A stretch of 64,000 nucleotides of DNA from an uncultured Syntrophobacteraceae bacterium (lineage in GTDB: Bacteria > Desulfobacterota > Syntrophobacteria > Syntrophobacterales > Syntrophobacteraceae). Positions within the stretch are counted from its first letter, which is position 1, and the number at the start of each line of letters is the position of its first letter. The notes under the pieces were generated by a model. The model saw only the letters and a program-made list of their open reading frames with translations, did no database searches and had not been told where the DNA came from. Location: positions 40 to 64,039 of the forward strand of contig CAYOVG010000003.1 in the NCBI GenBank assembly GCA_964407285.1, given 5' to 3'. The translations under genes were made by a program, and so were the position numbers. Shown piece by piece: positions 58,107 through 64,000 of the stretch.

Positions 58107-58964
58107 ATGTCCGGGTCCCGTTTGCGCCTTATCGAGGGTAGGGCAACCTCGGATGCATTCCGGAGGGGGATCGAGCGGGTTCGATGGGATGAAGGGATAG
58201 GAGAAAAGCGCTGTCCCGACGAATCGCTCCCCGATAGGGGACCGTCGCCGTTCAAGAGGCTTTGCCTGCGCCGGGCCGATTCATGCACATGCGCCATTGC
58301 TTTTAATGCCGTTGGAGCGGGGGAACTCACGGTCCGTGAGCTTTCACCCGAGAAGCCCGAGCACTTCCGCATACCCCGCAACGTGGACAGGGTGCTGGGG
58401 CGGGAGGTGTCCATAGCGCGGCGCATGGAGCAACTCCTGCCTGCGAAACTGGGCATTTTGGAGCGCAAAACCCGGCTCGTCAACCTGCACGGGGAAGGGG
58501 GAATCGGCAAGACCCGCCTGGCCCAGGCCGTATGCGACCGGCTGGAGGAGTACCGGCGCTTCGGGGGCGGAATATACGAGGTCGATTGCGAGGAGGTCTC
58601 CGACAGTCTCCAACTGGCCCTCGCTGTCTTCAAGGCCATGAGCGTGGAAGAAGGGCAAAGGGTTGCAGACCCCGTGCGGGCGCTTCCCGCTTTCATGGAG
58701 GATCTTTCCCGACAAAAGCGGGACCTGCTCCTCTTTCTGGATAACGTCGATGAACTCTTTGCGCCGCGCGCCGGTTTCCAGGGCGTTCACCCGGCCGTCC
58801 TTCTGAAAACGATCTTTTCGCAATGCGACTCCGTCCGTATCCTCACCACCTGCCGCACCAGGGTGGGATTGTCGGACTTCGGGTCCAATATGGAGGTAGA
58901 TCCTCAGCGGGTATCCGGATGCGTTCCTACGAAACTTCATGGTGGCCCACAACAATCTGATTGA
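58107..58964 (+). pseudogene. STAND/NB-ARC-type P-loop NTPase, frameshifted and truncated
   Basis: Motifs: Walker A LHGEGGIGKTRLAQAV, Walker B LLFLDNVDE, and ILTTCRTR. At about 58905 the expected motif continues only in another frame (LSGYPDAFLRNF...). That frame runs straight into a short helical tail ending at 59052, so most of the usual C-terminal repeat region is missing. Confidence 0.6.
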
Positions 58965-59099
58965 TGTGCTTACAAAAATGGGATGTGAAGAGGAAGTCGA
59001 AAGAGAGCGGGAGAAGCTTCGGAAAGTATTGAAGATGCTCTCCGGAGATTAGGAAGGGCTATGCTACGGCTCACTCACATTGGGGAAGAGCCGACGATG

Positions 59100-59295
59100 T
59101 CGGCCCCAACCCAACCCCTCTCCCCCAAAGGGCAATGCTGTTGGCTTAGACTCGCATTCCCCGCCCGCGTAGGGGCGGGCGTCATTCCCGCGTAAGCGGG
59201 GGAATCCAGGGATTTCAAGGTCTTCCGGACCCCCGCTTTCGCGGGGGTGACGTTGAGTCAACAACATTGTCCCCAAAGGGGGAGAGGGGGCAAAT
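59100..59295. repeat. Composite repeat element: copy D of the structured repeat family, bracketed by imperfect inverted cccctctcccccaaaggg / ccccaaagggggagagggg motifs
   Basis: The core at 59181-59258 is gtcattcccgcgtaagcgggggaatccagggatttcaaggtcttccggacccccgctttcgcgggggtgacg, with two tetraloop hairpins (attcccgc-gtaa-gcggggaat and cccccgc-tttc-gcggggg). The flanks at 59107-59135 and 59266-59292 carry inverted G/C-rich motifs. Confidence 0.6.
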
Positions 59296-59315
59296 CAATT
59301 CAGACCTTGCCCGGT

Positions 59316-60464
59316 TCAGATTTTCACCAGTTCATACTCCCTGGTTCCCAGTCCCACTTCGTGGGCGTAGTCGAGTTGGTGTTCCCACGGGATGTGGGAG
59401 TACACGGCCCGGACCTTGTCCGTGCATGCGGCGGGGTTTTCGATGCAGCACGTGGCGAGGACCGGTTGGGAGTTGAGCAGGTCCACGGAAGCCTGGTCGA
59501 TGGCCACCGGGTCGGTGGACGCCACGATCCCGATATCCGCCACGATGGGGGCGTCGGCGAAGGGGTAGCAGTCGCACGCGGGGGAGATCTGGGTGAGGAA
59601 GTTCACGTAGAGTGAGCGCTTCTCCTTGCCCTTGACGACTCCCACCGTGTATTCGACCATGCGCTCCATGAATCCGTCCAGGTCCGTCTGCCAGTTGACC
59701 GTGATGGCCCCCTGCGGGCAGGTATGGATACACCCGGCGCAGCCGACGCACGCTTCGCCGTCGATCGACGCCGTCTTGCGCGCTTCCGGCACGGGGCGGG
59801 GCGCGCCCTCCGGTCGGTCAACGAGGGTGATGGCGGAGTGGGCGCATCCTTCCCGGCAAAGACCGCATCCCACGCATTTTTCCACCTGCACCGACGGCGC
59901 AATTTCGGAATGCTGCACCATCTTGCCCATGCGGGACGCCGCGCCCATCCCCAGGTTCTTAATGGTACCGCCGAAGCCGGCCATTTCGTGCAGTTTGAAG
60001 TGGGCCACGGAAACCAGTGAATCCGCCTCCACGACGGCCGATCCGATGAAGACTTCCTTGCACCGCTTGAGATTCACCGGGACGGCGATTTCGTCCCTTC
60101 CTTTGAGGCCGTCCGCCATGACCAGGGGGGCTCCCACCACCGCATCCACGAAGCCGTTGGCGTAGGCCGTCGCCAGGTGGTCCACCGCGTTGGACCGCGT
60201 GCCCACGTAGAGGGTGCTCGCGTCGGTCAGGAACGGCTTTCCGCCCGCCGCCTTCACCGCATCCACGATGGGGCGTATCAGCAGAGGCCGGATGAAGGCA
60301 GTGTTTCCGCGCTCGCCGAAGTGGATCTTGATGGCGGACAGGCCGCCCTTTTTCGTGCATTTTTCGATTCCCGCGGCCTCCACCAGCGCCTGGATCTTGC
60401 CCAGCAGGTTCCGCTCCATGTTTGTCCGAAGATCGGTGAAGTAGACTTTGCTCTTGTTCTCCAT
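59316..60464 (-). CDS. DUF362-domain protein with an inserted 2x[4Fe-4S] ferredoxin domain
   Basis: Likely start is ATG 60464 (MENKSKVYFTDLR). Motifs: IKIHFGERGNTAFIRP, and two CxxCxxCxxxCP motifs (CVGCGLCREGCAHSA and CVGCAGCIHTCPQGA). Confidence 0.85.
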   Translation of the reverse strand: MENKSKVYFTDLRTNMERNLLGKIQALVEAAGIEKCTKKGGLSAIKIHFGERGNTAFIRPLLIRPIVDAVKAAGGKPFLTDASTLYVGTRSNAVDHLATAYANGFVDAVVGAPLVMADGLKGRDEIAVPVNLKRCKEVFIGSAVVEADSLVSVAHFKLHEMAGFGGTIKNLGMGAASRMGKMVQHSEIAPSVQVEKCVGCGLCREGCAHSAITLVDRPEGAPRPVPEARKTASIDGEACVGCAGCIHTCPQGAITVNWQTDLDGFMERMVEYTVGVVKGKEKRSLYVNFLTQISPACDCYPFADAPIVADIGIVASTDPVAIDQASVDLLNSQPVLATCCIENPAACTDKVRAVYSHIPWEHQLDYAHEVGLGTREYELVKI

Positions 60465-60581
60465 AACTCCCGTCCTTTTTCCAATCCTTTTCATTCTTGA
60501 CCACGAAAGGCGCGAAACCACACGAAAATGAAACCAGCCCTTTTCGTGTGGTTTCGCGCCTTTCGTGGTCGATCAGGGGCG

Positions 60582-61262
60582 TCAGGCCAGCAGCACGGCC
60601 AGGATGCCCGTGAGGAATATGCCGTCGAAAGTCCCCGCTCCCCCTATGGACGCCACCGGAGCGCGGAGCCGGCCCAGCTTGTTCAGGTTCAGAATGTCGG
60701 CCCCTATGAGGGTCCCCAGCGTGCCCGAAACGTACGCCGTGGCCGGGGCCCATCCGGTGGGGGACAGGATGAGCGCCGTAATGGCCGCCGCGATGGGGGG
60801 CACCAGCATGGGGGTCGCCACTCCGATTCCGGGCACCGGCCTGGCCATCCTGTGGACGACCCACGTGACGACCGCCAGCGCCAGGAGCATGCGTATCGGG
60901 TATTCGGTGCGCGCCAGCAGGAACAGCGAGAAAAGCGTCGGTATGACGGCCCCTCCGACGTTGACCGCCAGCACCATCTCCCTCGGGTCCTCCCACCGGG
61001 GCGGCCGGAACCGCAGCCCGAAGTAGGAGACATAGTCGATATCCCGCGGTTCGGCTTCTATGCGAATCCTTTTGACTGGGATATTGATCATGCTCCCCAC
61101 CATGCAGAGGAAGAAGAGCGAGAAAAGGTGCTCCGGCGGAATCCCGAGGCGCGAGAAAGCCGCCGAAATAATGCCGAACTGCACCATGGCGAACACGAAA
61201 AACAGGAGGAAGATAAAACCGAAGAAGAAAACAATCAGGAATGGAGGAAAAAACATACGCAT
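60582..61262 (-). CDS. DUF1614-like integral membrane protein
   Basis: 226 aa, multi-TM, with INIPV, VNVGGAVIP and GGAGTFDGIF as remembered for DUF1614. The family name is from memory. Confidence 0.7.
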   Translation of the reverse strand: MRMFFPPFLIVFFFGFIFLLFFVFAMVQFGIISAAFSRLGIPPEHLFSLFFLCMVGSMINIPVKRIRIEAEPRDIDYVSYFGLRFRPPRWEDPREMVLAVNVGGAVIPTLFSLFLLARTEYPIRMLLALAVVTWVVHRMARPVPGIGVATPMLVPPIAAAITALILSPTGWAPATAYVSGTLGTLIGADILNLNKLGRLRAPVASIGGAGTFDGIFLTGILAVLLA

Positions 61263-61494
61263 TATCCTTTCTCTGCGGCGGTCTGCGGCGGTCCGTCGCC
61301 CGATCGGCCCGAGCGCCCTGTCGCTCCGGTGGGGCGCCGCCGGGGTATCATTCTCTTCACGTGGATATCAGCTTGCCGGTCCCATCGCTCTTTTCCCGTC
61401 AATCCCGCTAATCCTGTCACTCCCGTCGTCCACGTCGCCCGGTCTTCCCGTCAGCCTTTCCTCGTCTCCCTCCCGTCTTTCTCTTTCACATCGC

Positions 61495-63099
<1,605 letters not shown>

Positions 63100-63293
63100 G
63101 CATCTCTCCTTCCATGCTCCGCAGGCCTGCCCGGATGGGGCCGTATGGCTTCCCGGTCCGTCTCCGCGCCGGGTCTGGAGGGCATGTTCGAAAGTTTAGA
63201 TATATATCCGTAATTATGAGCGATATTCACATTGAAAAGCGCGGCGCGGGCCTGCGATTTCATCGCCGCGATACCTTCTCCCCGTGCCTTCGA

Positions 63294-63884
63294 TTACCCC
63301 TGGCGGTCCCTCCCTCCGAAAAGGGCCGTAACGGCCCCCACAAGCGTGGAATAGCATAAGTCAGTCAAAGTTCCCCGCGGCTTCTCACGGGCGGGGTCGG
63401 CTTCTCCGGGACGGTTCAGAAGCACCCCGGTGCATCCGGCGCGTGTTGCGGCTTCGACGTCCGAGCCGCGGTTGCCGATCATGAAGCATCCGGCCGCGGA
63501 TGTGCGGAAGGTTTCCGCTGCCGCCAGTATCAGGCCGGGGGCCGGTTTTCGGCAGGCGCACCCGTCGCGGGGATGGTGCGGGCAGTAAAATGCTCCGAGA
63601 ACCTCCCCGCCGGCCTCCCGGATGTGGTCAACCATCCGGTGGTGAACGTCCCAAAAATCATCCCAGGTCAGGATGCCGCGGCTCAGCGCCGACTGGTTGC
63701 TCACGAGCACGATATCGACGCTTTGCCCGTTCAACCACCTCACGGCCTCCAGCGCGTCGGGATAGAAATGAAATTCCCGCCAACGTTTGATGTAATCAGG
63801 GCTGTCCACGTTTACAACCCCATCGCGATCCAGAAAAAGAATCGCCTGGCCGTTACTCCTCGCCGAACTCAACCAGCTTATCAT
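63294..63884 (-). CDS. gmhB: D-glycero-beta-D-manno-heptose-1,7-bisphosphate 7-phosphatase (HAD-IIIA)
   Basis: Motifs: FLDRDGVVN (DxDx), VSNQS, the zinc-binding CPHHPRDGCACRKP, and GNRGSD. Confidence 0.8.
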   Translation of the reverse strand: MISWLSSARSNGQAILFLDRDGVVNVDSPDYIKRWREFHFYPDALEAVRWLNGQSVDIVLVSNQSALSRGILTWDDFWDVHHRMVDHIREAGGEVLGAFYCPHHPRDGCACRKPAPGLILAAAETFRTSAAGCFMIGNRGSDVEAATRAGCTGVLLNRPGEADPAREKPRGTLTDLCYSTLVGAVTALFGGRDRQG

Positions 63885-64000
63885 ATCGTACGATCCGGAA
63901 ATGTCGCTCTTATCGCTTCACGCTTGACATTCGTGAAACATAACGGAAAAATAACCCAATCAACGAAATCTTAATCCATATTCGGGCTCTCTTAGGATCA

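Overview
High-GC bacterial chromosomal segment. Gene content and the intergenic repeat families suggest a Desulfobacterota/deltaproteobacterial-type genome, but that is inference only. Most of the window is housekeeping. It holds an ntrY-type kinase with a DUF4390-like partner, lpxC, thrC, tRNA-Leu(UAA) followed by a decayed accessory islet, and a long dcw cluster (mraZ-rsmH-ftsL-ftsI-murE-murF-murD-ftsW-murC-murB-ftsQ-ftsA-ftsZ) that lacks mraY and murG. After that come a CoA-disulfide-reductase/rhodanese fusion, mrp, typA, an MBL hydrolase, inositol-3-phosphate synthase, phoU, pstSCAB, a PAS histidine kinase, an MFS transporter, an HD-GYP protein, a DUF362 ferredoxin, DUF1614, pckA and gmhB. 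The standout is a compact minus-strand four-gene operon at 47267-52719. It encodes a 1085-aa protein with three Cas7-like RAMP modules and a roughly 340-aa insertion, a 294-aa zinc-ribbon protein with no recognisable domain, a 354-aa Cas6-like RAMP, and a 90-aa LexA-N-like wHTH. I found no cas10, no cas1/cas2, no TPR-CHAT and no CRISPR array anywhere in the 64 kb, and ordinary genes flank the operon on both sides. This resembles a shortened gRAMP/Cas7-11-like effector that is not next to any array, and it is my candidate for the undescribed system. Other notable items are a perfect 612-bp tandem duplication (56836-58060) that creates a chimeric RHH gene next to a truncated STAND NTPase, recombinase remnants wedged between phoU and pstS, a 1.3-kb non-coding gap upstream of typA, and several short structured intergenic repeat families. 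Many long ORFs in the track are antisense shadow ORFs typical of high-GC DNA, and I rejected them. All family assignments come from reading motifs by eye; no searches were run.
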